Positions 52,601-64,000 of a stretch of DNA of 64,000 nucleotides are shown one piece after another. The DNA comes from Selaginella moellendorffii (taxonomy: Eukaryota > Plantae > Lycopodiophyta), in contig NW_003314322.1 of NCBI RefSeq assembly GCF_000143415.4, positions 373,430 through 437,429 of the forward strand, in the 5' to 3' direction. The notes under the pieces are model-generated. The model had not been told where the DNA came from. It saw nothing but the letters and a program-made list of their open reading frames with translations, and did no database searches. The position numbers were made by a program, and so were the translations under genes. Every line of letters begins with the position of its first letter. The first letter of the stretch is position 1.

Positions 52601-54318
52601 GGCCTCACATGGACGACTACATCAAAGCTTTTGTTACCTCCTGTGACACTTGCGCCCAGAATAAGGTACCTTGCCACCTTCCTTCAAGTTTGCTTCGTTC
52701 CCTTCCGGTCCCTTCAGGTCCTTGGGAATCCATCTCCATGGATTTCTTGAGTGATCTTTCGAGTTCTGGAGGCTTCAACAGCATTTTAGTCATGGTGGAT
52801 CGCTTCACAAAGATGGCGCACTTCTTGCCATGTACCAAGGAGTTTTCGAGTGAGGACATGGCAAAACTGGTATTCATGGAAATTTCCGACTTCATGGGAT
52901 TCCTATAGATGTGGTTTCGGATCGGGGGCCTCAGTTCATCTCTCATTTCTGGCAACGGTTTTTGCGGCTGCTTGGAGTGAAGGCCAACCTCTCTTCGGCG
53001 TATCATCCTCAAACTGATGGGTAGTCCAAGCGAACGATTCAGACGTTGGAACAATTCTTGAGGTGCTTCATTAACTATCATCAGGATAACTGGTTCGATA
53101 TCCTTCCCCTTGCTAATTTCTCCTATAACAACTCTATTCACTCCTCTCTTCGAATTTCCCCCTTCTTTGCAAACTTTGGCCGAAATCCCCGATTCAATCT
53201 CTCACTTCCTTCTCCATCCGAATCCTCTCATTCAAATCCCCGCTCTGAGGCATTTGTCTCCAACCTCCAAGAAATCCACAACTCCATCTCCTTCCACCTC
53301 CATCGTGTTCAGGAATCTCACAAAACATTTGCCAATGTCCATCATCAGGATTGTCCCCCTTACAATATCAGGGATAAAGTTTGGCTCCTCAAGCGAAATA
53401 TCTCCACCACCAGGCCCTGTCCAAAACTTGATTTCAAACGCCTCGGTCCTTTCCCTATCACTACCATCATTAATCCTATCACTTATCGCCTTGCACTTCC
53501 CTCCTTATATCAAATTCACCCCATTTTTCATTCCTCTCTCCTTGAGCCTTATATTTCTAGTCCTATTCCCAATCAGGTCATTCCTCCACCTCCACCAGTG
53601 CAGCTCGAGGATGGGTTTGAGTACGAGGTTCAGGACATCCTTGATTCCAAGATTTCACAGTCTAAACTCTACTATCTGGTCGACTGAAAGGGTTATGGGC
53701 CTAAAGAACGCACTTGGGAACCTGCGGACAACCTGATTCATTCTCCTGACCTTGTTCAGGACTTCCACCGCCGCTATCCTAGTTGTCCCAGTCCTCATTC
53801 TTTTTCTCCATCTCCCATCCCTCGCCGCTCATCTCATCCTCCTCATCGTTCTCATTCACATCCTCGTTCCACTCGTTCTTGAGGAGGGGGTGCTGTCAGG
53901 AATCCCCTAATTCTTGCCACATTCCTGACTCTCGCCAGATTCCTGACCTGCATTCTCGACACACTTCGCTATTTCTGACTCTCAAGACACTTCCCTATTC
54001 CTGACTCTCAAGACACGTCCCTATTCCTGACTCTCGAGACACTTTCCTATTCCTGACTCTCTAATTTTCTGTACGATTCCTGAGTCTCGAGCCACATTCC
54101 TGATATTGATGTGGCGCCTCTTCGACCTCAGCTATATTTAGGCCGTCCTCGATTCAAGAGTGGTGGAGCTTCATCAACCTATAGTATATATAGGTTAGCT
54201 TTGTTCCATTTCTCCACAATCTAAATCAACGCCAGTCTAAGGCCTTTTCTTTGTTTCCACTAGCTTTTCTCTTTGTCTTTTGCATTTTCCAGTCTTGATC
54301 TTGTTGGGGGTCTTGACA
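49685..54318 (+). mobile_element. 5'-truncated Tcn1-like chromovirus: gag 3' half, -1 frameshift site, PR-RT-RH-INT-chromodomain with stops, PPT 53879-53893, LTR 53894-54318
   Basis: WDERALIDQFRFGL, CLYCADPNHKAAVC; ALLDSGAT; [30 protein letters not shown]; EADASNFAIGA; SAYHPQTDG; EYEVQDILDSK..TWEPADNL; LTR TGTCAGGA...TCTTGACA. The clade assignment is inferred. Confidence 0.9.
53920..54105 (+). repeat. Short degenerate tandem repeats (ATTCCTGACTCTC.AGACAC) in U3 of the Tcn1-like LTR
   Basis: Repeated ttcctgac motif, about 8 copies. Confidence 0.85.
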
Positions 54319-57302
54319 ACAAGTTGAGGAGTGATTATTGGTTGCTTTGCGACTAATGATTGCTTGTAAACTTCGTCAAGGACTGTTTGACACTTGCTTC
54401 ACTTAATGATGATTTAGCAGTGATGGGCTTGCTTTACTGGATGATGTTGCAGAGGATCATGTCGTGGCTTGCATGGTTTTTCCATGTTACATCATTACAG
54501 TTCAGATAATTATTTTTAACTCAGTATGCAATTAAAGTTAAAATTTCTCCAAACTAACCTATTATTTTTTGATAGTCTATAATTCTTTTGTTTTGTGAAA
54601 ATTTAATTGCTTTTAAAACATGGCAGCAATCTTATGGATGTGTTTAGGCTTGTGTACCTCTTTATAAAGGCAGTAAAAAAAATTCAAATTCAAATTTAAT
54701 GATGATAAAACAAAATGATCTTATCTTCCCTAACACTGGCATTATTAGCTACTTGCATTATTGTGTAATTCTCTAGATATGAATAGTAGCAAAGTTTAGA
54801 TAAAATTAACCTTGTATACAATTAAAAGGTCTAACATTATAAAATTAGAAAAGAAGATCTTGGGTATGCTATATCTCCCAGCGGAGTTGGGGTCTCTGCT
54901 AGATAAATGCAAGTAGCCTTGCATTTATCTAGTGGAGCTGGGGTCTCTGCGAAATTTGCATTTACTAACTGAGATCCCAACTCCGCTGAATCATTTTTTC
55001 ATGTTAGTTTAAACCTTAAATCAAGGTACTGTAAACTTGTAATTACAAGACAAGTTTTAGTTTACAATGATTTAAAACCTTTAAATGATTAGGGTTTCTA
55101 AATATCTAACATTTATTAAATAAATAAATAATATAATATGATGCCATATGCCAATAGCACTTTTAAATAAAGGAGTACTAGCAAAAGTCCCAGCTACACT
55201 GGGAGCATCATGTTTATTTCTGATGTTTTAGTAATTTCAAAGAGTTGAGATCGGAATTGTAATTTTTAAAATAATTATAATGATAACATACATAGTTAAA
55301 CATACTATACTATTTATATTAAAAATCCCTTCTACAATTGACTCTATCACCAACACACATCATAACATAATAAATATAACTCATAATATTAAATCACATT
55401 TAAAACTCTGATTGTTGAGTGAAGTCTTGGATCTTTAATAAATGGAATTCCTCACTATGGAATCCCATGGCCAGATGAATCATTTAGAGATTAAGGTTTG
55501 GTAACTAATTTTTTCTTTTATTTGAAATCTATATAATTATTAAAAAAAATGTCTTATTAAGCTCTACAATTTTTCCTCTTAATAAAATAATTGTTACTTA
55601 AGTACAGTAAAATATAATAATATTAAAAAATAAATATTTAAAATTCATTTAAACTACATACATCTTATTAATTTTTAAAAATATAAATATTGTTATAGAG
55701 TTTAGTTTTTAGACTGAAAGTTTTGGAATTGTATGATACTAAGTGAAACATGTTACCTATATTGTGGTAAGTATATCTATTAAATATGTACAAATTATGT
55801 GTAATACCAAACTTCCAGCAGAGACATTGATAACATTAATGCTAAGTGGTGGCAGAATTAGGAATGTCATATAGCTTTTACAGTTGTCTTACAATTTCTC
55901 TATAAAAAGAAGCTAAGTTTTATCTGAGTTATATTGTTACCATTTAAATTTCATGCTTGACCTTTTGGAAATGTTGTAATTACATTAACCTCAAAGGACA
56001 TACACATTGATTGTTTTTGGATCATCATTACAAGGCATACTGAAACTATAAACATCTATCACTTTGGCTTCAATGCTATCAACTTGGATCACTGACAAAA
56101 CCTTATAGTCTCTTAAGACTGCCTAGATGTTCTTCTAGCAATTTGCTAAGCGGAACAGTATTTTGGAGTTATCCATGTGAGAAGGTTTACAAATTTGAGC
56201 TATTACCTCGAAGTGTTGTATTTATTCTTGATGTTTTGGTGATTTTAAAAAGTGTACTTTTAATAATAATTTTTAACATAATCATAAGTATAATATATGT
56301 AGATAACATAATATAATATATTAATTATATGAATAATCCTTTTTGCAATTGACAATAATTATAACATACCTTATAACATAACAAATATAGTTAGAGTGCC
56401 AAGTGAAATATTAGATCTTCTACCAAAATAAAAATGCTTATAAATAGATATAAATAATTTATAAATATATCTAGCACAAATATTTATATTATTATAATTA
56501 AAATTATTTAATAATATTATATATAAATTAAATGTAATTACTTATTTTTAACTATTATTTAATTAATAAAGTAATTTATTTATAATTAACTATTATTTAA
56601 TTCTATTCATGAACTAATTCAAATTATTTAATTTTATTATATAATTATTTTTAAAAGTTAAAATAAAAACTATCAAGAATATATTCTCATATTGTTTTGT
56701 GATAATATTCTACTTAATTATTTTTTCTGAATATTATAAATATTATTTTATGAGTTAATTTTTTAAAAGTTATTTTATAAATGTATACTTTATTTTCTTA
56801 TTAACTTTGTTAGTTTTAAATCATATTGGGATTTCAAAGAATTCTTTCTTTATATTTATTTAATTTTTATCAAGCTGATATAGAAATATTATATTATCAT
56901 TTTTATTTTATTATTTTAGTGGTTTTAGTAGTATTATTAGATTTATTTGAAAATAGCCCAGCCATTTATGGTCTGAGACAATTATACAATCACATTGTTA
57001 TTTGATCAAAGAATAGCTAGAATGTTTTGTATGAAGTTTCTTATATTCCTTTTTGTTATATAAATAGAAATACTATAATTGTAAAATGTTTTTGGTTTCC
57101 TTATGCAAACAAAAAGGGTAGTTGATTTACCTTTATTATACTTAGATATTTGGGATATTCGTTGTTATTCATTAAGATTAGTCTTTTATTTATAATTTTG
57201 AAATGTGTTTAGAATTTATAGACTTTCCCAAATACATATCATATACTCTAATTATAATTATAATTGTATATTTAAAAGACCAAATAATTATGAAATAATG
57301 CC

Positions 57303-57822
57303 TTAAGAAAGGAAGGCAATATTTCCACCAACGAACATAACCAGAAAAATGCCCATGCCCTATCCAAAAAGGAGACAGACAACACCACAAAGTTGGCGAA
57401 CTTTCCTTGCGTCAGCGACCCAACCAAATCCTTCAATGCAGCTGCATACACAGCCGAGGATGAGTACCTGTGAATCCAAAAACAAGAACTGCATTTCAGT
57501 TTCTCATCTGTTTTCTCTTACCCTGCCACTGCATCCCATGCAGAAATCCTTTCCTTGGGAATCCAGGGATAACTCCAGCCCGAAGGTGTTCTCTCCACGG
57601 CAGTGTGGATCCCTCCAACTGGATTCACTGCTACCACCTTGAGACAAACCATTCACATAATGCCAAAGTAAAAGTAATTGACAGGCTTACCGGCCAGTTA
57701 GATCCTAAAGCAACCATGCTACCATTTCCAAGGAGGGACCAGAGGTTATAAGATCCGCATGAGCGCTTCTCACCAAGTTTCTTCATGGCATAGTAAGCAT
57801 CATCTAGAAGTTGCTCTGGCTT
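57303..57822 (-). pseudogene. Last three exons of a LAF3-like amidohydrolase-3 gene
   Basis: PEQLLDDAYYAMKKLG..SLLGNGSMVALGSNWP/VVAVNPVGGIHTAVER..WIPKERIS/AVYAAALKDLVGSLTQGKFANFVVLS; conserved GSDWP and ADFV read GSNWP and ANFV. Confidence 0.75.
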
Positions 57823-57859
57823 TACAAAAATATAGGGTTTTGCAATGGAGGCAAAATGC

Positions 57860-59343
57860 AGTCATTTGCGTTGATGCGCACAATCCATGGTTTCTTCGGA
57901 CTCCTCTTTGCTTGGTTTGGCCTTTACTACAGCCTTTTGGACGTCCTGTGGTTTCCTCCTGTGATGTTTTCCTTCCTGGCGTTAGAGAGTAACTGAGGAT
58001 CAAACAAAACAAACCTCGCCATGTAAGATTGCACTTCCTGAGCAAAGCCAGGCTTGTACGAGAAGAGCAGCCCACGGAAGAGCTTCCCATCGATGGAGGC
58101 TTCTAGCGTGTATCTGTAGTATACGTCACTTACTCTAGCCTTGAACATCTTCTCGCCTAGCGGCTGAACGTGAGCTTGAAACTCTGTAGCATGAGTTTGA
58201 CAGGGAAAGATTGGAGAGGTCCAAGGTTTTCTGCAGATACCTCTGTGAGATGAAACCAAGCTCTTGTCCGCATCCCGTTGCTTGTCTAGCATGAATGGCA
58301 TGGCACGATACTCTTTCCACCTTCTCTTAAGTTCCTTACGCATGGATAGCTTTGGTTCTGATGGATATTTCTCCCTCAGCATCTCTTCACAGAAAAACGG
58401 CAAACATATTGTCAAGAATGGCAGCAATGTCAATAAAAGAAGAAGCCAACCTGTGTCGAGGAAATGTCATCCAGAGCTTCAAGCTCTTCGTTACATCCCC
58501 CATAGAAGAATAATATGCCTTGCTCTTCGTTCACCGGCTCTTGGCATCAGCTCGGCACCAGTCGTCTTTACCTCCTGCCATGCCATTGTTTCTGGAAACG
58601 CAAATGAATTCGCAAGCTTAAAACCAGCACAATGTATGTACCTCTGTCCAGAATATGAACATTGTTTAGATAGGCATTACCACCGTCCTCGCCACCCATG
58701 ATAACGAAAAAGTTCTTATAGGAAGAGCAGGTATGGATATCCTGAGGAATAGGCAAGACTCCAGTGGTAGAAATCTTCTTCCAGACAAAAGTATATACAG
58801 GATAAAAAAAAAAGTTTAGAAGAAAACAAGGAAAGATAACAGGATATTACTCATGTTCAAAACATGGAGGTCGTTGTAGTACTCCAGGGATTGCTGGATT
58901 TCCCACATCCCCCAAACACGAACAGGTTATCACCGATGAGAGATGCGCCATGTCCTTCTCTCGGAGCAGGAACATTACCAAAAACATCGGGTTTCCCCTA
59001 GGTGATGGTAACTGCATCGGATGATAAGAACAAGAAAAAAAAATCGACAGAACTCGGAGCTTACCAGTATCCAAAACAAAGAGATCGTCTAGCGGGCTGG
59101 TTCCATCGGTACCACCAAACACATAGAGCTTAGACCTGACGGCCGTGGAGCTGTGGCTGTCTTGAGGAGAAGGGTGCGTTCCTTTCATCACAGGCTTGCT
59201 CCAAGTGTATGTCCCTGCGCGATCCCACTAAAAACATAATCAAAACCATATTTTCCGGAAAACCCAGAAGAGGAAATTTATACCAATGTCGAAGATGTGA
59301 ACATTGTTGGTCTAGCACTCGTCCCAGCCGCAGCCATTGAAAA
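57860..59343 (-). pseudogene. Plant kelch-repeat gene with C-terminal 'YTLEASIDGKLFRGLLFSYKP' domain; pseudogene, 5'-truncated by an LTR
   Basis: PSPQDSHSSTAVRSKLYVFGGTDG, PAPREGHGASLIGDNLFVFGGCG, FVIMGGEDG; TAG stops at 58998-59000 and 59312-59314; frameshift at ~58887; internal deletion at ~58530. Confidence 0.85.
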
Positions 59344-59344
59344 T

Positions 59345-60095
59345 GTAGATGAGATTCCTAACCTCCATAAATCCTATTCCCAACTTAGGGACTTGTTATC
59401 CTTGTGAATGGCATCTATTCCACTTAGCATTTGCACTTAGTCCGAGTGCTCCACATATTCAATCCCATAATAGATACCTCAAAGGTACTACCAACATATC
59501 AACCCATTACGTTAATGCTATATTTATTTACCTTTGTTTCATTGGTAGTCCTAGACCACTCGTGCCATAGTCCTATCTCTCAAAGACTAGGCCATCCATC
59601 CATGAGTGGTCATTCCAGAATCAGAAGTGTTCAAAAGTCAACTTTGACTCCCTCAGGAGATCAAATGGTTGATGCTCTTAATCCAAGTATAGGTGGCACT
59701 ACTTACTTGGATACCTGGTGTGGTTCATCAAAACCTCACTCTAGCTATGTGGTTAAAGCACCCAAAGATGAAAAGTGGGGAGAGTACCCACGAGGTTTAT
59801 GTAGGGTCAGCGTGTTTCAAAATGTTGTCCCAAAGTCCCAAACTATTAGTATTTGAACTTAGTCTTGGACTTAGGTTTAGGTCAAATCTTAAAAGGAGTA
59901 GTACTTTTGTGTAGTGACCAAGGATACGGTCATGTAACAAAGAAGTCTCAAAGGTCAATAGGACATCCAGGCCTAAATCCAATGGCAGTGTTGGTGAACA
60001 TGGCTGTGGATGGAGAGGGGCTTAATGGGGACTAGAAAAGGATATTGGGGAAGATTGTTCCCCATGTCTTTGGGCATTTTAAAGATGCTAAAGTG
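59345..60095. mobile_element. Rearranged family A LTR remnant (minus-strand piece ~59345-59620 joined to a plus-strand piece ~59650-60095)
   Basis: Matches the reverse complement of 43120-43370 and the forward strand of 42695-43110. Confidence 0.75.
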
Positions 60096-60214
60096 ACCAA
60101 GTTACCCCACTTATTTGTTCATGTTCACTTTAGCCTTGGACTCCTCAATAGTTATATCATCACCTAACACATAGGTATAACTTTCCTTGGTCACATTAGC
60201 ATTTCCTAGCCAAA

Positions 60215-61488
60215 CTACCTCCTTTGGAGTCCTCCCCTACTATCCTTTTGGAGCTCACCAAATCCCTTAGGGTCTAGGAGATGATCGCTTAGGGCTTTCA
60301 CCCTTGAACTTAGACTTGAACTTGGACTTGAACTCAATCTCGATGTCAGTGTTGGTATCGGTCTCTGTCGCGAATGTGACTTCGGGTATCGAAAGATACT
60401 TGTCAACCAGTCCTTACGAACACTCTTTCCTTACTGCCATGACGGTAGGAGATCGGTATAGTTGGATCCCTTTAGTAGCCCCTCTTGTGTTAGTGGAGTT
60501 AACTGGGCATTTTGAGTGTACTTAAACTAGACGAGCATAAGGACGGAATTCCTACGTGCTATTAGCTGAGCATACTTAGCCCAGTAAGGAGTTCCCGTCT
60601 CGTTTTGTCTTGCACTTGCTAGTGACAAGAACCCTTGCGATATTGAGACTAGTCCCTCAATATTCGCCGGATGATAGCTTACCGTGTCTGCCAAACACTC
60701 TCGCTATCACGCCTTTTGTGTTGGTCTCATTTCGGTCCTAAATGCTATTTATGGAAAGTGTTTAGATTAGCTCATTTGGCATATCTACAGAATGTAAAGA
60801 TCGGCCTGAACACAATGGTGTTCATCTCGTATCCAAATTCGCAATCTAAGGACATTCTATAATTAGTAAGTTTCGAGCTTGTCCCAGAGACTAACTCCTG
60901 GTACTAAGGGAGGTTTGGGGTGAAAGCCCAAAGCGTGTGTTCCTCGGGGGGGGGGGGGGCTGTGGGGGGTTCCAAATGTATAGTAGGGATAGTGGTTGGA
61001 ATGCATGTCCGACCACCTAAGACATTAGTTTGGCTCCCGCTGGGCTGTGTCGCTCCTTGTTCTGCGTTTGGCTTGGGTCTAAGCCCAAGCTCCACGCTGC
61101 TCTAGTTGGTGGAGTACCCTCCTTCTCGCGTTAGGTCACCGGTATGCCAAAATTGTGCCAGACTCCGTCTGACACCATTTTGCGTGCAAGTGCTAGATAC
61201 GGGGAGCTGGTGCTCGTGGGATTGTATTGGACCCTCGTTTCGTAGCGCAACGGGCTTGGATTTTGGCTCCAAATTCAGGTGCGCTACAGTCTCAGTCTCA
61301 GACTCGACCTCAGACCCAATCTTAGTCTCCATCTCGGACTTGACCTTAGACTTGACCTCAGACTCCATCTCGGGTCCATCTTAGACTCCATCTCATGTCT
61401 AGCTTAGACTCCATCTTAGGTCCATCTCAAGTCCGTATCGGACTCCATCTTGGACTCCATCTCGGGTTTATCTTGGGTCCATATCAAA
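60215..61488 (-). mobile_element. A-related LTR fragment (variant core plus 12-bp array) split by a solo C LTR
   Basis: tcggactccatc-type repeats at 60305-60365 and 61294-61480; agggtgaaagccctaagc on the minus strand. Confidence 0.7.
60366..61288 (+). mobile_element. Solo LTR, family C subtype (923 bp), with perfect 5-bp TSD GTCTC
   Basis: TGTCGCGAAT...GCGCTACA; GTCTC at 60361-60365 and 61289-61293. Confidence 0.93.
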
Positions 61489-63560
61489 TGTTGGGGGAAA
61501 GAGGGGTGCTTCCCCCAACACTCGCTCAAACACAAGAAATGCTTCAATGCTCTTCACAAGTGCACCCCAAAGCCCCCCGCCCACACCCCCCCTTGCCTTT
61601 ATGGGGCAACGATTTTTATACAAGGAAGATGGGGAATATTTTGAGGATCAAAATATTCTCTCTCTCTCACACACACTCTCTAAGTGGCCATGCCCTAGCA
61701 TGCAACTATGGTGGATTGCATTGACTCCAGACGCATGAGAACCCTCCAAAGAGTGTAGAGTGTACCTCTTATGTTGATGCCAAGTACTGGTAACTATGTG
61801 AAAAGTAGAAGATGTGGAAAACAAAGTGGAAAAAGAAAGAAAAGAGGTAGGTGTGAAGTTTGAAGATAGGGAGGAAAACCCAATGGGAAACCATGTAATC
61901 AAACTAGACTTTGATGTAAAAGAAAAAGTGCAGAAAAGTGTGAAAAGAGAAGAAAAATAAAGGAAAAAGAGTGAGTACTTAACCCGTACTTGAATTTTGG
62001 CTCAAAAAAGTGTAATATACAAATGCAACCTTATGATGACTTCAAATATGCTTCAAGGATTGGCCAAAATTGAGAAAGAAAGAGAGGTAAAAGAAGGGAT
62101 GTATTGCCCAAGGGTGGTGTAGAAATGATGAAGGATGGAGTGATATGGTGGAGTGCTTAGATGGTGGTGGCACTTTGAGAAGGTGGCCATCTCTGAAAGT
62201 GTTAAGCCCATAGTCTGACGTGTCAGACTAAAGAAACTAGTAGTTGAAAAAGATGGCATAGTCGCTGAATTGCTGGTAAAGAGAGGTGGCATGTGTCCAC
62301 TGAGTGTTGGAGCAGGAGAAAGTGGCTCCAGCTTTTATAGCCTTGTCTAAAGATCCACCTAGGTGCCTTGAGTGAACAGGTTCACCTGGTTGGAAGAAGG
62401 TCGCTCTAGAAAAACTACCACGTCATTGGCAAATGGTCGTAATGATATCTTGAAAATAGCACATCCAAATGATGTGGTGTCTTCTGCTGCTGGTGCATGT
62501 ACATGTATCTGTGGTATGGTGTAAATATGACCTCAAACAAAAATGTGGATGATGGTGAAAGAATGAAAGATACAAGATAGGCATCTAGAGGTAAGTGTGG
62601 GCAATGCTATTGGGAGTGATTGGTGATGGATCTATGAGTGTAGATGATATGGAATGGGTGTGGGGAATGTGTGGTAGAGTAATGGTAAGGGAAAGGCCAA
62701 AAAACCTAGAACATAGACCGAGCCAAGTGAGGAACATCCATACAAATAGTAATGCAACCTAAGCATAAAATCCAAGGCAAGAGCCATGGTCTAATGTAGA
62801 AACACCCTCTGAAAGTAATAAAAGAAGTTATGAAAGTAAAGTGAAAGAAAGGAAGCAAAAGAGAAAAAAGAGAAGAGGAACTCCTCATCAGATGAAGCGT
62901 TTGAGGTGAGAGTGGTTGTGAGCGTATGGGAGCTCACATCCATCAGCATCTACTAGCACGTATGCTCCACCTCCACTATGGAGTTGGACAAAGTAGGGGC
63001 CGGTCCAGCAATGACAAAACTTCAAAGGTGGCAAAGGAGAAAACATTGTTGTTGAACTCAGGGCCTTTGTCCCTTGCTCTTTGACTGTTCCAACATCTGA
63101 GAAGGTTGGCAGATAACTCCTTTCTTGCAAAACATAGAGCTGGGGTCGAGTTAAAGGTGGTTGTGCCATAACTTGTAGATCTAAGTCACTAGAATCTACC
63201 GAGGATGAAGAAGACTTGACTTGAGAAGGTACCTTGTCATACCTAAGCTGCCTTTGGATGCCAAAAAGTTTACTCCATACTTTAGAGCCTTGAGATATTG
63301 TAAAAGGGAGCCAATTTGCTACATGCTTAGTCTATACTAGCATCAAATACCTTGAATACTACATTGGTAACCCCTTGCTCTTGCTCCTATTCTAGCACCT
63401 ACTTGAGAGCCAACTCCTCCTGTGCCTACTTCAACACCAACTTCTACTCCTACTCCTTGAAGGTTGCTTCTTTCCCAAGAAACTCTCATCAAAGTTTAGC
63501 CCAAAAGAGAAAAATGAGTACTTTGGTCTCGATCTTTTACCATTTTGACTGTAAGGAGGT
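61489..63560 (-). mobile_element. Deleted Gypsy-type remnant: integrase C-terminal GPY/F segment (62888-63035), long 3' spacer and possible LTR ending CCCCAACA at 61489
   Basis: KFCHCWTGPYFV..GGAYVLVDADGCELPYAHNHSHLKRF; limits uncertain. Confidence 0.55.
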
Positions 63561-64000
63561 TTGTTAAAAAGAGCTTAGCCCCATCTACCACACTACTCCA
63601 AGAATTTGTGATGAAAACGCCTTAATATCCTATGAGATCCAAGAAAACATAGCTCAGAACACCAATTTTGTGGAAAAATATATATATATCACTAATCCGG
63701 ATCAATACCAAGGCACTGTTAATATTTTCAGAAAGCCTAGGACCAGAAGCACTTTCAGAAACATATGGCATCCAAAACAAAGCTTGGAGAAGCATGAATT
63801 TCTATTGTAAATATGCCCTTATTTAGCCAGAGAAGAATAACCTTTTACATGCCACAAATTCTCCCAAATCCAACACCAGAAATCACTTCTACTTATAGAT
63901 CTAAATCTACAAACCCATGTCTAGAGAAATTGGGCTGAAAATCTAGACAAGAAAAGAGAAACTAAAATGTTCACTCAATTGAGCCAAAAAACATTGTATC

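Noticed and set aside
41573-54318. One composite element mobilised as a unit
   Set aside because: Terminal LTRs are unrelated and there is no TSD
61489-61520. 32-bp hairpin TGTTGGGGGAA...TTCCCCCAACA as a terminator or independent element
   Set aside because: More simply an LTR terminus of the adjacent Gypsy remnant; no TSD, and bacterial terminators are irrelevant here

Overview
Eukaryotic (land-plant) DNA with two assembly gaps (1402-1783, 13210-13309), dominated by a nest of Ty3/Gypsy LTR retroelements. The only apparently intact gene is a POC1 centriolar WD40 gene (5987-~7860) with very small introns (41-56 bp). POC1, the tiny introns and a Tcn1-like chromovirus suggest a flagellate-sperm, seed-free plant such as a lycophyte (inference). 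Retroelements, with family labels of my own: (B) a chromovirus present as an old gag-pol copy (+, ~14960-26455) and a younger gag-less copy (-, 15200-20865) inserted into the old copy's gag zinc knuckle; (A) a non-coding LARD-like family with 1876-bp LTRs carrying a 12/11-bp satellite, in an LTR-internal-LTR-internal tandem (41573-49684) plus decayed copies; (C) a family with ~0.9-1.15-kb LTRs and a ~0.73-kb internal domain; (T) a TRIM with reiterated PBS and PPT junctions; and a Tcn1-like chromovirus with a G-GGA-AAC -1 frameshift signal. A, B and C share one conserved LTR-internal core (GTGAAAGCCCAAAGC..G-run..TGYRGGGGGTTCCAAA.GTATAGTAGGGA) with differing flanks. A and B also share tandem tRNA T-arm/B-box hairpins. 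This looks like a modular helper/parasite retroelement network. There is also a Tourist-type MITE with its empty paralogous site, and decayed host-gene fragments (DNAJC16-like, NPF/PTR, kelch, LAF3-like). All alignments were done by eye, so boundaries of decayed copies are approximate.
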